From Candidatus Aenigmatarchaeota archaeon (GTDB lineage: Archaea; Aenigmatarchaeota; Aenigmatarchaeia; QMZP01; QMZT01): 64,000 nucleotides of DNA. The stretch covers positions 262,486 to 326,485 of the forward strand of contig CAVSBQ010000002.1 in the NCBI GenBank assembly GCA_963726265.1, in the 5' to 3' direction. How positions within the stretch are numbered: the first letter of the stretch is position 1; the number at the start of each line of letters is the position of its first letter. Position numbers and translations under genes: made by a program. Below are positions 1 to 8,277 of this stretch, in pieces. The notes beneath the pieces were generated by a model. That model did no database searches. It had not been told where the DNA came from and was given only the letters and a program-made list of their open reading frames with translations.

Positions 1-1
1 A

Positions 2-919
2 TTCATTCAGATAAACAACTTCATAGGCATAATAAAAATAAAGGGAGAGGTTGATGTTTACCTGAACATACAGGATCAAGGAACACAACTGCTCAGTTTC
101 CTCAAATCCCAGAAAAGCGGCACTAACTACATGGGAATGCTGGGTTCATATGCGGCAAAGGATACACCGGATGAATATGACAAAGAAATAACTTCGACAT
201 TGCAGAAGCTTGGAGATTATGACCTTTTCGTCCAAAATCAGAGCCAGGAAATAATAAAGGAATTCAAATCAGTAAATTCACCAGCAGGCGGACAGAATAT
301 AGGTGTTGTGATAAAACTTGACTGGCCGTTGAAAAATCACAATACGATAAACAACGGATACGGATGGAGGGATCTGTCTGGCAAAAGGGATTTCCATGGA
401 GGCCTGGACTTTGCAGTCACGGAAGAAGAAGTTTATTCCGCATACCCGACTGGTAAAGTCGTAAGGATGGGCAAGGGGTGTGAACCGTCACCAAATGTCT
501 GTGCTAATGTCGATTCTTGTGCTACAAGTAACGATCAGTATTGCTGCTGCAATAGCGGCCTTGGGAATTTCGTTGTGATAAAGCACGAAATTAGCGGAGA
601 AACTTTCTACACGCATTATGACCATCTTAAAGAGGTTTACGTCCACATGAATGACGAAATAGGTAAGGATATAATGCCAGACCAGCCTATAGCGAAGTCA
701 GGCAATACAGGGTATATACAGGGGGAGAACGGCTATCATCTTCATTTCGAAATGAGCAAGAGCGAAATTAAAAGCGATGACGCCTCCATAGACCCTTGCA
801 TCTATTTCCCACAGCCTGTGCCAGTAAACTGCGAACAGGAATCGCATCGGCCTGCTGGCCTTTCGGTTGATATACCGCTTCCTAATGGGCAGGTTGGAGA
901 GGTATCGTTGATAACATGA
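2..919 (+). CDS. M23/LytM-family zinc metallopeptidase; 5' end probably lies outside the window (first in-window ATG at 131)
   Basis: HxxxD (HGGLD) and HxH (HLHFE) motifs typical of peptidase M23. The frame is open from nt 2 with no stop upstream of the ATG at 131. ATGA overlap with the next ORF. Confidence 0.75.
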   Translation, partial: FIQINNFIGIIKIKGEVDVYLNIQDQGTQLLSFLKSQKSGTNYMGMLGSYAAKDTPDEYDKEITSTLQKLGDYDLFVQNQSQEIIKEFKSVNSPAGGQNIGVVIKLDWPLKNHNTINNGYGWRDLSGKRDFHGGLDFAVTEEEVYSAYPTGKVVRMGKGCEPSPNVCANVDSCATSNDQYCCCNSGLGNFVVIKHEISGETFYTHYDHLKEVYVHMNDEIGKDIMPDQPIAKSGNTGYIQGENGYHLHFEMSKSEIKSDDASIDPCIYFPQPVPVNCEQESHRPAGLSVDIPLPNGQVGEVSLIT

Positions 920-1665
920 AAAAAGCACAAGGCGCGGTTTTATTGGCAATAATGTTAATAGTAATTACTGTAATAATAATAAGCAGCCTTCAATTTTACT
1001 TGTCCAGCAGCATAGAAAAAAAATCAGAACTCCAATTCGATGAAGACCTTTATGTAACCGAGAATGCACTCAGGCTATCCAAGCTTTATCTGGAAACGGC
1101 CCTAGATTACTCTGTTTATCAGGCAATGTTTGATGCAGGAAAGGATGGTCTACCTAAAAACATCGATGACCTGAAAGGTAAACTCGCGTCTAAAATTTCA
1201 GAAAACATGAAAAAATACACGGAAAGGGAATTTAACTTCATAGGGAAAATAGCGAGACTTCCGACCTACGATAAAAATATGCTAACGATAGAAAAATTCG
1301 GCGAAAACGATTTAAACGTTTCAGCCACAGGAAACGGTAATATTTATTTTGAGGAAACAACAACCGTGCAAATGGAGAAAAAATACATAAGACTTGAACT
1401 TTCGTCGTATCTGGAAAGAATTTACAGTTTCAATTTCTTTGGTCTTTATGAAAAAGCGCTGGAATTCTCGAACAAAATAAACGAGTGCGAAGACGAAAAG
1501 ATAATCGACGGTATTTATGAGATTTCATTGGCGACGGACCAAAACAAAAAACCATGCAATGTCAAGGTTTCGGTTAAAGACGTCTCCCAAACCTTCCCCG
1601 TCTTCAACGGCAGGGAGGTTGCCTTCGAACCGGTCGTTTTCGAGTTCCTTGTGAGCGTCGCGTGA
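916..1665 (+). CDS. Membrane-anchored protein with a class-III (type IV pilin-like) signal-peptide-like N-terminus
   Basis: N-terminus MKKAQGAVLLAIMLIVITVIII: a basic stretch, then Q/G, then a hydrophobic helix. 4-nt overlap with the M23 peptidase gene. No other recognisable domain. Confidence 0.6.
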   Translation: MKKAQGAVLLAIMLIVITVIIISSLQFYLSSSIEKKSELQFDEDLYVTENALRLSKLYLETALDYSVYQAMFDAGKDGLPKNIDDLKGKLASKISENMKKYTEREFNFIGKIARLPTYDKNMLTIEKFGENDLNVSATGNGNIYFEETTTVQMEKKYIRLELSSYLERIYSFNFFGLYEKALEFSNKINECEDEKIIDGIYEISLATDQNKKPCNVKVSVKDVSQTFPVFNGREVAFEPVVFEFLVSVA

Positions 1666-1853
1666 GGCAGGCCGGAATATTTTATTGCCGGATTATTTTT
1701 GCACGCCCCGAGTAGTTAAAACTTTAAAAGCCAGCCTACAATTTATAAGTACGGCCAAGCTGATTGGCCAGCAGATGACAGCCAAAAGAGGCGAAAAAGC
1801 GGAACAGACTATTAGAACGAAACAACGACTGAGAAATTTAGGAGGTGCTTAGC

Positions 1854-2213
1854 ATGGCAGAAGAAAAGAGGGAAGCAAAACACGAAATCAGGGAAAACAG
1901 GCAAACCGAGGCAAGAACCGAGAGAACGGAGAGGCCGAGGTCAAGGGCGGACGACAACGTGGTATTCGTAGGTAAGAAGCCGACGATGTCATACGTCCTG
2001 GCCGTGATAACGCAGTTCTCCGAAGGGAGGAATGAGGTCCACATAAAAGCGAGAGGCCGCTCGATATCCAGGGCAGTCGATGTCGTGGAAGTCGTGAGGA
2101 ACAGGTTCGTCAACAACGTCAAGCACTCCATAGAGATAGGGACGGAGAAGCTAGTGGCCGAGAACAACATGGACATAAACGTCTCCACGATTGACATAAA
2201 ACTCGTGAAGTAA
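1854..2213 (+). CDS. albA: Alba chromatin/RNA-binding protein with a roughly 30-aa charged N-terminal extension
   Basis: Core [20 protein letters not shown]...[22 protein letters not shown] matches the Alba fold signature. GGAGGTG Shine-Dalgarno lies 7 nt upstream of the ATG at 1854; the track ORF starts at a GTG at 1845. Confidence 0.9.
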   Translation: MAEEKREAKHEIRENRQTEARTERTERPRSRADDNVVFVGKKPTMSYVLAVITQFSEGRNEVHIKARGRSISRAVDVVEVVRNRFVNNVKHSIEIGTEKLVAENNMDINVSTIDIKLVK

Positions 2214-2244
2214 TCAACCAAGCAGAAAAAAAGCGGAAGTTGCC

Positions 2245-2259
2245 TTTTTCTTTTATTTT
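2245..2259 (+). terminator. Oligo-T tract downstream of albA (archaeal-type terminator candidate)
   Basis: The run ctttttcttttatttt begins about 30 nt after the albA stop. Confidence 0.35.
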
Positions 2260-2385
2260 AAAGCTTTTTCAGAAAAAGCTTTATCAAAAATCTCGCTTCC
2301 TTCCACGAAGGCTTAAGCGAAACGTGAAAATAAAAGAAATGCGGGAGCGGAGAATCGAACTCCGGAAGGCACTAAGCCACAGGAT

Positions 2386-2439
2386 TTCCTAAAGGGCTTA
2401 ATCACAGGTCAGAAGACCTCATAACCTAAGCCGAACAGA
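2386..2439 (-). other. Putative tRNA-Leu intron at the canonical 37/38 position (54 nt)
   Basis: Removal joins CAGGA-CTTAAG to A-TCCTG, giving a perfect 5-bp anticodon stem and a 7-nt loop with anticodon TAA (2441-2443). The intron contains TTAAG, which can pair with the anticodon loop. Confidence 0.7.
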
Positions 2440-2454
2440 CTTAAGTCCTGCCCC

Positions 2455-2498
2455 TTCAGCCCAAGACCACTTGGATGTACCATTCAGGTGGTCATGCG
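2455..2498 (-). other. Putative second tRNA-Leu intron in the D-arm (about 44 nt; boundaries approximate)
   Basis: The D-stem 5' half CCC and the only suitable GGG partner are separated by about 55 nt. The excess contains internal hairpins (CCAAG-TGGT-CTTGG, ACCA...TGGT). The exact junction is ambiguous. Confidence 0.5.
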
Positions 2499-2542
2499 CT
2501 TGGCCACTCGGGAACCCCCGCAATTAGAATTAATTAATCTGG

Positions 2543-2554
2543 TATTAATAAAAA
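2543..2554 (-). promoter_or_regulatory. TATA-box candidate for tRNA-Leu
   Basis: Minus strand reads CTTTTTATTAATA, centred about 27 nt upstream of tRNA position 1 (2521). Confidence 0.4.
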
Positions 2555-2571
2555 GCAGGTGCCGCCAGCGC

Positions 2572-3687
2572 TCACTTCAAGAACTTGTCTATATGTTTCC
2601 TTGCATGCTCGCGCTTCCTCGCGTGGTCGAGCAGGAACGCCTCCATCTTTTCTATGAGCATCTGCTTGAGCTCGCCTGAGAGCATCTTGCCGGATTTGTA
2701 GTCGTCGTATATCTGCTGCATCTTTTTGTCGTCGGGCTCGAACTGTGAGTAGAGGTATTGGTAGGCGACGTCGACCTCCGGGACGCCTCCTCGCTTTCGA
2801 TGCTCCGCCAGCGTGTCGCGGCCGCCGGAGAAGGCGTATTTCATTATCTTGCTCCTCGCCGTGTCAGGGTCGTCGGTGAGCGCGATGTAGGAATACGGGT
2901 CGGAGCTGGACATCTTGCCGCCTTTCAGGCCCTTGATGAACGCATGATAGGTTGACGACGGCGGCGTGAACTTGTGCTCCTTTTCGAAACGTGACGCGAT
3001 GTCCCTGCTCAGGCGGATGTGCGGGTCCTGATCCACGCCGACCGGCACGACTACGTGCCTGTAGCCGCCGAATTCCGGCAGCATGGGGTGAAGGATGTCC
3101 GCGACCTGCGTCATGACGGACACGACCTTGCCCGGCGTGATTTCGCCGTATACTGCTTTCATCTCGTTGAACGTCACCTTCTTCGCCGACATGCCGGCGA
3201 GGCGGTAAAAGGCGTTGGCCTGGTCCGGGTTTTTCGAGCGGGCACTCTGGAAGTAGAAGTCGCAGTTATTCGGCTCGAGGCCGAGAGCGATGTAGTTGAG
3301 CAGGTATTCGTTTATGGCGATTTCGCGCAGCTTCTCCATGTCGTCTATGCGCATGTTGTAGGCCTCGATGTCCGCGACGCAGATGAACACCTTCGCGCCA
3401 AGCGTCTTCTGGTGGTAGATTATCTGTTCGGCAAGGATTTTGTGGCCCAGGTGGAACTTGCCCGAAGGCATGAGCCCCGTCATCATCGCGTAGCCTTCCT
3501 TCCTCTGGAGCGCGTCGAGAATCTTGTCGAAGTCTCTGTGTCCGAACACTATGCCACGCCTCATGAGCAGGTGAGGCTCCTTCATGCGCTTGAGCAGCGG
3601 GGCGAAAGGCTGGATACCGAATTCGTCACAGAGCTTGCCGTAATCCTTGACCTCGAACGAGCCCCATGGATTGATTTCAGTCTTCAT
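2572..3687 (-). CDS. trpS: Tryptophanyl-tRNA synthetase (archaeal/eukaryal type)
   Basis: Class I motifs: HIGH-like GKFHLGH and KMSKS-like KMSSS. N-terminus INPWGSFEVKDYGKLCDEFGIQPF is typical of archaeal TrpRS. 371 aa. Confidence 0.9.
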   Translation of the reverse strand: MKTEINPWGSFEVKDYGKLCDEFGIQPFAPLLKRMKEPHLLMRRGIVFGHRDFDKILDALQRKEGYAMMTGLMPSGKFHLGHKILAEQIIYHQKTLGAKVFICVADIEAYNMRIDDMEKLREIAINEYLLNYIALGLEPNNCDFYFQSARSKNPDQANAFYRLAGMSAKKVTFNEMKAVYGEITPGKVVSVMTQVADILHPMLPEFGGYRHVVVPVGVDQDPHIRLSRDIASRFEKEHKFTPPSSTYHAFIKGLKGGKMSSSDPYSYIALTDDPDTARSKIMKYAFSGGRDTLAEHRKRGGVPEVDVAYQYLYSQFEPDDKKMQQIYDDYKSGKMLSGELKQMLIEKMEAFLLDHARKREHARKHIDKFLK

Positions 3688-3748
3688 GCAATCGCCACAG
3701 ATAATCTATATTTTGATTCGTTCGTATATATTTCAAACGCTTCCGCCG

Positions 3749-5053
3749 TCAGAGGCCCAGCACCTCCTGATATCCCGGAAGGTCGAGCAGGCCGTGGCCG
3801 CTCAGGTTGAATACAAGCGTCTTCTTCCTGCCCTCCATTTTCGCTTTTAACGCCTGGTCAATCGCCGCTTTCACGGCGAAATTGGATTCGGGCGCCGGAA
3901 TGATGCCTTCGCTTCTCGCGAAAAGCCTGCCTGCATCAAATGTTTCCCTCTGGTTATACGTGACTGACTTCACTATTTTTTTGTTAACGAGCAGACTCAG
4001 CGTGGGCGCGCAGCCGTGGTAGCGCAGGCCGCCCGCGTGTATCGCGTCGGGAATGAAATCGCAGCCCAGCGTGCACATCTTCAGCAGGGGCGTGAGCTTC
4101 CCCGTGTCGCCGAAGTCGTATTTGTAATCGCCCCTGGTCATGCTCGGCACGGCGTCCGGCTCGACTGCGATGAATTCGCATTCGCTTTTCCCCGCAAGCT
4201 TTTCGCGGATGAAAGGATACGCGAGACCGGCGAAGTTCGAGCCGCCTCCCACGCAGCCGATTATCACGTCCGGCTTCTCGTCAATCTTCTGCAGCTGCTT
4301 CTGCGTCTCCAGCCCTATGACGGTCTGATGCATGAGCACGTGGTTCAGCACGCTGCCGAGCGAATAGTTCGCTTTTTCATCCTTCGCCGCGACTTCTATC
4401 GCCTCGGAAATCGCGATTCCCAGTGAGCCAGGCGTGTCCGGCATCTGCGCGCGAATCTTTTTGCCTATCGCTGTCGTGTCGCTCGGAGATGCTACTACGT
4501 CTGCACCGAAGAGCCGCATGAGCATCCTGCGGTATGGTTTCTGTTCATAGCTCACGCGCACCATATAAACCTTGCATTTCAAGTCCACGAAAGCGCAGGC
4601 CATCGACAAGGCAGAGCCCCACTGGCCTGCGCCCGTTTCCGTCGTGAGCGTCTCCACGCCGGCTTTCGCCGCATAATACGCCTGGGCGAGCGCCGTGTTC
4701 GGCTTGTGCGAGCCGACGGGCGACAAATCCTCGCGCTTGTAGAAGATACGCACGTCATCGGGCAGCTTCAAAAATTTCTCAAGCCTGGTCGCCCTGCACA
4801 GAGGACGAGGCCTTCCTATCTTCAGAAAAAGTTCCCTCAGTTCATCGGGGATTTTCACAAAGCGCTCTTCAGCGAATTCCTGCCTTATCAATTCCTTGCA
4901 GAACAAAGGCTCCAGCATTTCCGGCTTGATTGGCTCGCCATTCGCCGGATTCAATGGCATCGGCAGCGGCTCGGGCAGGTCGGGCAGGATGTTATAGAAG
5001 TATCTGGGAAACTCGCTTTCCTCAAGCTCGACCCTGTAGCCAGAGCTGGCCAC
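3749..5053 (-). CDS. trpB: TrpB2-type tryptophan synthase beta-like PLP enzyme
   Basis: PLP-lysine motif [16 protein letters not shown] phosphate loop, and the extended N-terminus and 434-aa length typical of the TrpB2 subgroup. GTG start. Confidence 0.85.
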   Translation of the reverse strand: MASSGYRVELEESEFPRYFYNILPDLPEPLPMPLNPANGEPIKPEMLEPLFCKELIRQEFAEERFVKIPDELRELFLKIGRPRPLCRATRLEKFLKLPDDVRIFYKREDLSPVGSHKPNTALAQAYYAAKAGVETLTTETGAGQWGSALSMACAFVDLKCKVYMVRVSYEQKPYRRMLMRLFGADVVASPSDTTAIGKKIRAQMPDTPGSLGIAISEAIEVAAKDEKANYSLGSVLNHVLMHQTVIGLETQKQLQKIDEKPDVIIGCVGGGSNFAGLAYPFIREKLAGKSECEFIAVEPDAVPSMTRGDYKYDFGDTGKLTPLLKMCTLGCDFIPDAIHAGGLRYHGCAPTLSLLVNKKIVKSVTYNQRETFDAGRLFARSEGIIPAPESNFAVKAAIDQALKAKMEGRKKTLVFNLSGHGLLDLPGYQEVLGL

Positions 5054-5101
5054 CTGTGTTTTTATTTTCGCTCGAATTTTCTTTTCTCATACTCACACCT
5101 C

Positions 5102-5308
5102 CTAAACCTGTATTTTATGCGGGTTCTGCATTGCCAGCATTACCCTCAGGGCGCGCAGTTCCTGCGCGTCTGTCACCGGCTGCATGTTGCCGCCATCAGT
5201 TCCCGTGTAAATCCCCGTATCCGTCAATACCACCTCACGCCTTTCATACATTCCGGGCGGCCTGTAGCCCATGACCTTTATCACATTGCCTATGCCGTTG
5301 CTTCTCAT
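5102..5308 (-). CDS. Small hypothetical protein (68 aa), translationally coupled to the upstream wHTH gene
   Basis: The ATG at 5308 overlaps the stop of the 5305..5640 gene as ATGA. The remainder of the 108-aa track ORF overlaps the regulator and is discounted. Confidence 0.5.
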   Translation of the reverse strand: MRSNGIGNVIKVMGYRPPGMYERREVVLTDTGIYTGTDGGNMQPVTDAQELRALRVMLAMQNPHKIQV

Positions 5309-5640
5309 GCGTCCACCTCCTTTTGAAGATTTTCGAGTATTATTTCCCCGATTTTCGTGATTTTCAACGGCTTCCCGCGGCCGTTCTCCACGAGCCCCAG
5401 CTCCTTGAGGCTGTTGACGTTCATCCACACCGTCGATTTCGGGCAGCCCATGGCGCAGGAAATCTCATCCACCGCCGAAGTAATCGTCCTCGAGCCGTCC
5501 TGTTCTGCCAGCATTCTGAGTATCTCCATCTTCCTGCCCCTGAGCACTTTGCCAGAAAGCATGACCACCGCGTTGAGAACCTCGTTCACGCTTACTGCGC
5601 CAGAATCCTCTTTCAGCCCGGAGAGATAGTTGAAAATCAT
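5305..5640 (-). CDS. Winged-helix (ArsR/MarR/TrmB-like) transcriptional regulator
   Basis: SAVDEISCAMGCPKSTVWMNVNSLKELGLVENGRGKPLKIT has an HTH-plus-wing pattern. 111 aa. Confidence 0.7.
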   Translation of the reverse strand: MIFNYLSGLKEDSGAVSVNEVLNAVVMLSGKVLRGRKMEILRMLAEQDGSRTITSAVDEISCAMGCPKSTVWMNVNSLKELGLVENGRGKPLKITKIGEIILENLQKEVDA

Positions 5641-5657
5641 CCCAAAAACCCTTTTTT

Positions 5658-5674
5658 CCTGAAGTTGCTTCAGG
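5658..5674. promoter_or_regulatory. Perfect 7-3-7 palindrome CCTGAAG-TTG-CTTCAGG upstream of the wHTH gene (operator candidate)
   Basis: Read directly from the sequence; lies 18-34 nt upstream of the ATG at 5640. Confidence 0.3.
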
Positions 5675-5926
5675 TTATGTCTCAGAAATGGGATGAAGTT
5701 TTAGAGCCTGATCCAAAACTTCATCAAACGATAGAACATGCCGGCGATGCCGTGGGCTGAAAGAAACGACAGTTCGCTTCCGGACATCGCTGCGTTTTGC
5801 ATGAGTATAAATATGAGGCTCAATTCTTATAAACCTTGTGTGCAGGATTTTCTGGAGTCTACGCTGCGCCCGCTTCGCCCGGCCGCCCGGCAAAGGATAT
5901 TTAACGGCCAAAACGAATTATAAAAC

Positions 5927-6616
5927 ATGAAAAAAAGGCCTCGCAGGAAGAAACCAAGGAAAACGAAGAAAGGGCAGGAAAACGAGCTGCGGGACATCTT
6001 CATAGAAAGCCTTTCTTTCAAGGAGCTCGTCACCTCCGCGATAGAGGTCTACAACAGGGAGACCAACGGCGTGCTGCTGGGACGGAGGACTTTCAAGGAG
6101 ATAAAGGGGGAGAAGAAGAAAGTAATCTCGATAAAGAACGTCTACCCGTTCCAGATGGAGAGGCGCACGCCCTCCGAAGTGACGCATGGCAACATAGCCG
6201 CTTTCAAGAGGGTTTTGCGCACGATCGACTCCTTCGACGCGGAGATCGTCGGCGGCTACCATTCGCACACGCCGCCGTACGACGTCGTCCGCCTTTCGCG
6301 CGGCGACATAAAATCGATAAAGGAAGACATCGAAGCGATGCTCAAGATAGGCCACAGGAGGCTCGCGAAGGGCTGGGTGGAAATCCTGCTGTCGATAAAG
6401 AGGAAGAAATACGTGAAGCCCAGCGGCAGGGAGTGGTATATCTGCGACTACATCAAGAAGCTACGCTGCTATCTCAGGACGCAGAAAAGGGTGGGTTGGG
6501 ACATCCTCCTGTCAGCCTACTGGGTGTATCCCAAAAAGGCAATAGAAGGCACCAGCACCAGAAAAACCGAGTTCGGCGTAAAGGAAGTCGCAGTCTACGT
6601 CGAGTGGATTCTATAG
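5927..6616 (+). CDS. JAB/MPN (JAMM) domain metalloprotease-like protein with a very basic N-terminus
   Basis: ETNGVLLG (conserved Glu) followed by GGYHSHTPPYDVVRLSRGD. This fits the H-S-H ... S-x-x-D pattern but with 9 rather than 7 intervening residues. N-terminus is MKKRPRRKKPRKTKKG. Confidence 0.6.
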   Translation: MKKRPRRKKPRKTKKGQENELRDIFIESLSFKELVTSAIEVYNRETNGVLLGRRTFKEIKGEKKKVISIKNVYPFQMERRTPSEVTHGNIAAFKRVLRTIDSFDAEIVGGYHSHTPPYDVVRLSRGDIKSIKEDIEAMLKIGHRRLAKGWVEILLSIKRKKYVKPSGREWYICDYIKKLRCYLRTQKRVGWDILLSAYWVYPKKAIEGTSTRKTEFGVKEVAVYVEWIL

Positions 6617-6885
6617 TGGCGAAACGGGTCCGGCCTTATTTTTAGCAGAAACGGCAAGTTCCAGAAATAATCGCATTTTTCCGGAGGTTTTTTTATTGTG
6701 TTGTAATGGCGCGTGGCACCTATCATCCCGCTTTTTTTGTCTTCAGTTGGCAGTTTTTCTGCCGCGCGGCTACTGAAACAGCACTGCTCACTTTCAGGGC
6801 TCAGAGACCCGTAAATGCATTTCGAGCAGTAGGGTTGTTCGTTTCTGAATAAACCGTATTGCCGCAGAAGGCTCTTCAGGCTCAT
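6595..6885 (-). CDS. Possible small Cys-containing hypothetical protein
   Basis: Only ORF in a 314-bp gap. A TTAAAAAG TATA-like element lies about 25-30 nt upstream. It overlaps the 3' end of the convergent JAB gene. No recognisable family. Confidence 0.3.
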   Translation of the reverse strand: MSLKSLLRQYGLFRNEQPYCSKCIYGSLSPESEQCCFSSRAAEKLPTEDKKSGMIGATRHYNTIKKPPEKCDYFWNLPFLLKIRPDPFRHYRIHST

Positions 6886-6930
6886 ATCTTGAATTGAAGA
6901 AAAACTTTTTAAGGATATGCTGTTCCTGCA

Positions 6931-8013
6931 TCAGCGCGTGACTTCGAGACTGTTCACTCTTTCAAGAAGTTCTCTCGCCTTCGCATCTTTCTCGAAATGG
7001 CGCCTGACCGGCTCAAGCAGCCCGTTCAAGTGGAAGGCGGCCGCCTTCTTCAGGTCTGCCGGATGTATCTTGCCGTCCGCATACGCCTTCTCCAGCTCAC
7101 TGTATTTCTCGAAGCTCAGGTTGCCGCCGAACTTGGCCGGCCTTTCGATTTCGAAGGCCCTGAACTTGCCGGATTCGAAGATTATGAACCTGCAGTATTC
7201 CATGACGGGGTTCTCCTCCGCCTGTTTTTCGGGGCAGTAGGCTTTCGTTATTTTCCGTTCGACTTCCGCAGGCGGGTCGGTCATGAATATCGCGGAATCC
7301 GGCTTCGACTTCGACATCTTCATGTCTATCGTCCTCTCCAGTTTGTCCTTCTCGCTGCTCGCCGGCTTGAGCAGCCCCATGAGCATGTGGTGCGAGACGA
7401 CGACGGGTTTCCAGTAGCCGAGCTTCGGCCCTATCTCGCGCGCGAGCATGTTGACCTTCCTCTGATCCATGCCGAGCTGGCAGATGTCCGCCTTCAGCTG
7501 GAATATGTCCGCTGCCTGCATACATGGATAAAGGACCTGTGACGCCTGCTGCACCTCGCTCTCCTTCCTGCCCATTATCTGGCCGCAGCGGATTATGCGG
7601 TTCACCGTGGCGTTGCGCGAAACCTGCATGACCTTCTTCCAATAATCATCGTCCTTCACGAGCTCGGACGCCCATACGAATTCGACATTCCCTACGTCGA
7701 GCCCGCAGGCCTTCCAGACCTCGATCAAATATTTGCCCACGGTCTGTATGTTCTCCAGGTTGCCGCCCATCTTGTTGTTGGCCCAGCCGTGCCAGTCCGC
7801 GACCAGCATCTTGAAGCGACAACCAGCGAGAATCATCTTGTTTATGTTTATCGCGCGGAGCAAACCCTGGGCTATGTGGACCTTGCCGCTCGGCTCGAAG
7901 CCGTCATACGCTATCGGTTGCGAATTCTTTTCGAGCAGCTCGCGCAGCTCCTGCTGGGTCACGATCTCCTCGCCTACGCGCGAAACCAGTTCGATTCTTT
8001 TTTCGAGGTTCAT
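6931..8013 (-). CDS. tyrS: Tyrosyl-tRNA synthetase
   Basis: HIGH-region EPSGKVHIAQG and KMSKSKP motif. Archaeal/eukaryal TyrRS-like sequence, 360 aa. Confidence 0.9.
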   Translation of the reverse strand: MNLEKRIELVSRVGEEIVTQQELRELLEKNSQPIAYDGFEPSGKVHIAQGLLRAININKMILAGCRFKMLVADWHGWANNKMGGNLENIQTVGKYLIEVWKACGLDVGNVEFVWASELVKDDDYWKKVMQVSRNATVNRIIRCGQIMGRKESEVQQASQVLYPCMQAADIFQLKADICQLGMDQRKVNMLAREIGPKLGYWKPVVVSHHMLMGLLKPASSEKDKLERTIDMKMSKSKPDSAIFMTDPPAEVERKITKAYCPEKQAEENPVMEYCRFIIFESGKFRAFEIERPAKFGGNLSFEKYSELEKAYADGKIHPADLKKAAAFHLNGLLEPVRRHFEKDAKARELLERVNSLEVTR

Positions 8014-8277
8014 GATTCCACTTTATAGTTTATTGCCAAAGTTAATATCTTTTTATATTCTCCAATGATGACAACACGGAATAAAGAATGCAGCCGGGCC
8101 TACATGAAGTAAGCATAGAACTCGGAGCTTTCGCTGACAGGCATAGTCCTTTTTTCAGCCAGCGGATTTTTGCTCATGACAGAATAGTGGCAGGCAGCTT
8201 ATTTAAGCGCGCCGTGCAGGAAAGGCTGGAGCATAGAACAGCCCCGTTTTATTAAAATCTCTGCCCAATAATCTATC

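Larger units (their letters stand above)
2340..2521 (-). tRNA. tRNA-Leu(UAA), class II, 182-nt gene apparently carrying two introns
   Basis: Minus strand: acceptor GCGGGGG/CTCCCGC plus discriminator A; T-arm CGGAG-TTCGATT-CTCCG; long variable arm TGGCTTAGTGCCTTC. The anticodon arm CAGGA-CTTAAGA-TCCTG forms only after removing 54 nt. The D-stem CCC/GGG forms only after removing about 44 nt. CCA is not encoded. Confidence 0.85.

Noticed and set aside
2262-2290. Recurring AAAGCTTT(AT) palindromic motif, considered as a dispersed repeat element. Seen at 2262-2290 as an inverted pair, and near 11975, 24680, 32490 and 63080.
   Set aside because: The copies are short, lie at gene boundaries, and look like A-rich BRE-like sequence followed by a TATA-like TTTAT box or terminator T-tracts. 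They are more likely generic archaeal promoter/terminator composition than a mobile or structured repeat.
3019-3810. Long ORFs antisense to, or out of frame with, recognised genes. Examples: 3019..3810, 8203..9081, 22215..23396, 26851..27966, 28374..29225, 30733..31479, 41684..42547, 50829..51821, 61182..61808.
   Set aside because: They overlap confidently assigned genes on the opposite strand or another frame. They are Arg/Ala/His-rich or Ser/Phe-rich in the way expected for shadow frames of GC-rich coding DNA, and carry no recognisable motifs.
8064-8140. C/D-box sRNA candidate (ATGATGA at 8064-8070 and CTGA about 70 nt downstream).
   Set aside because: The spacing does not fit the archaeal C-D'-C'-D layout with 12-nt guides, and no convincing D'/C' boxes or terminal stem are present.
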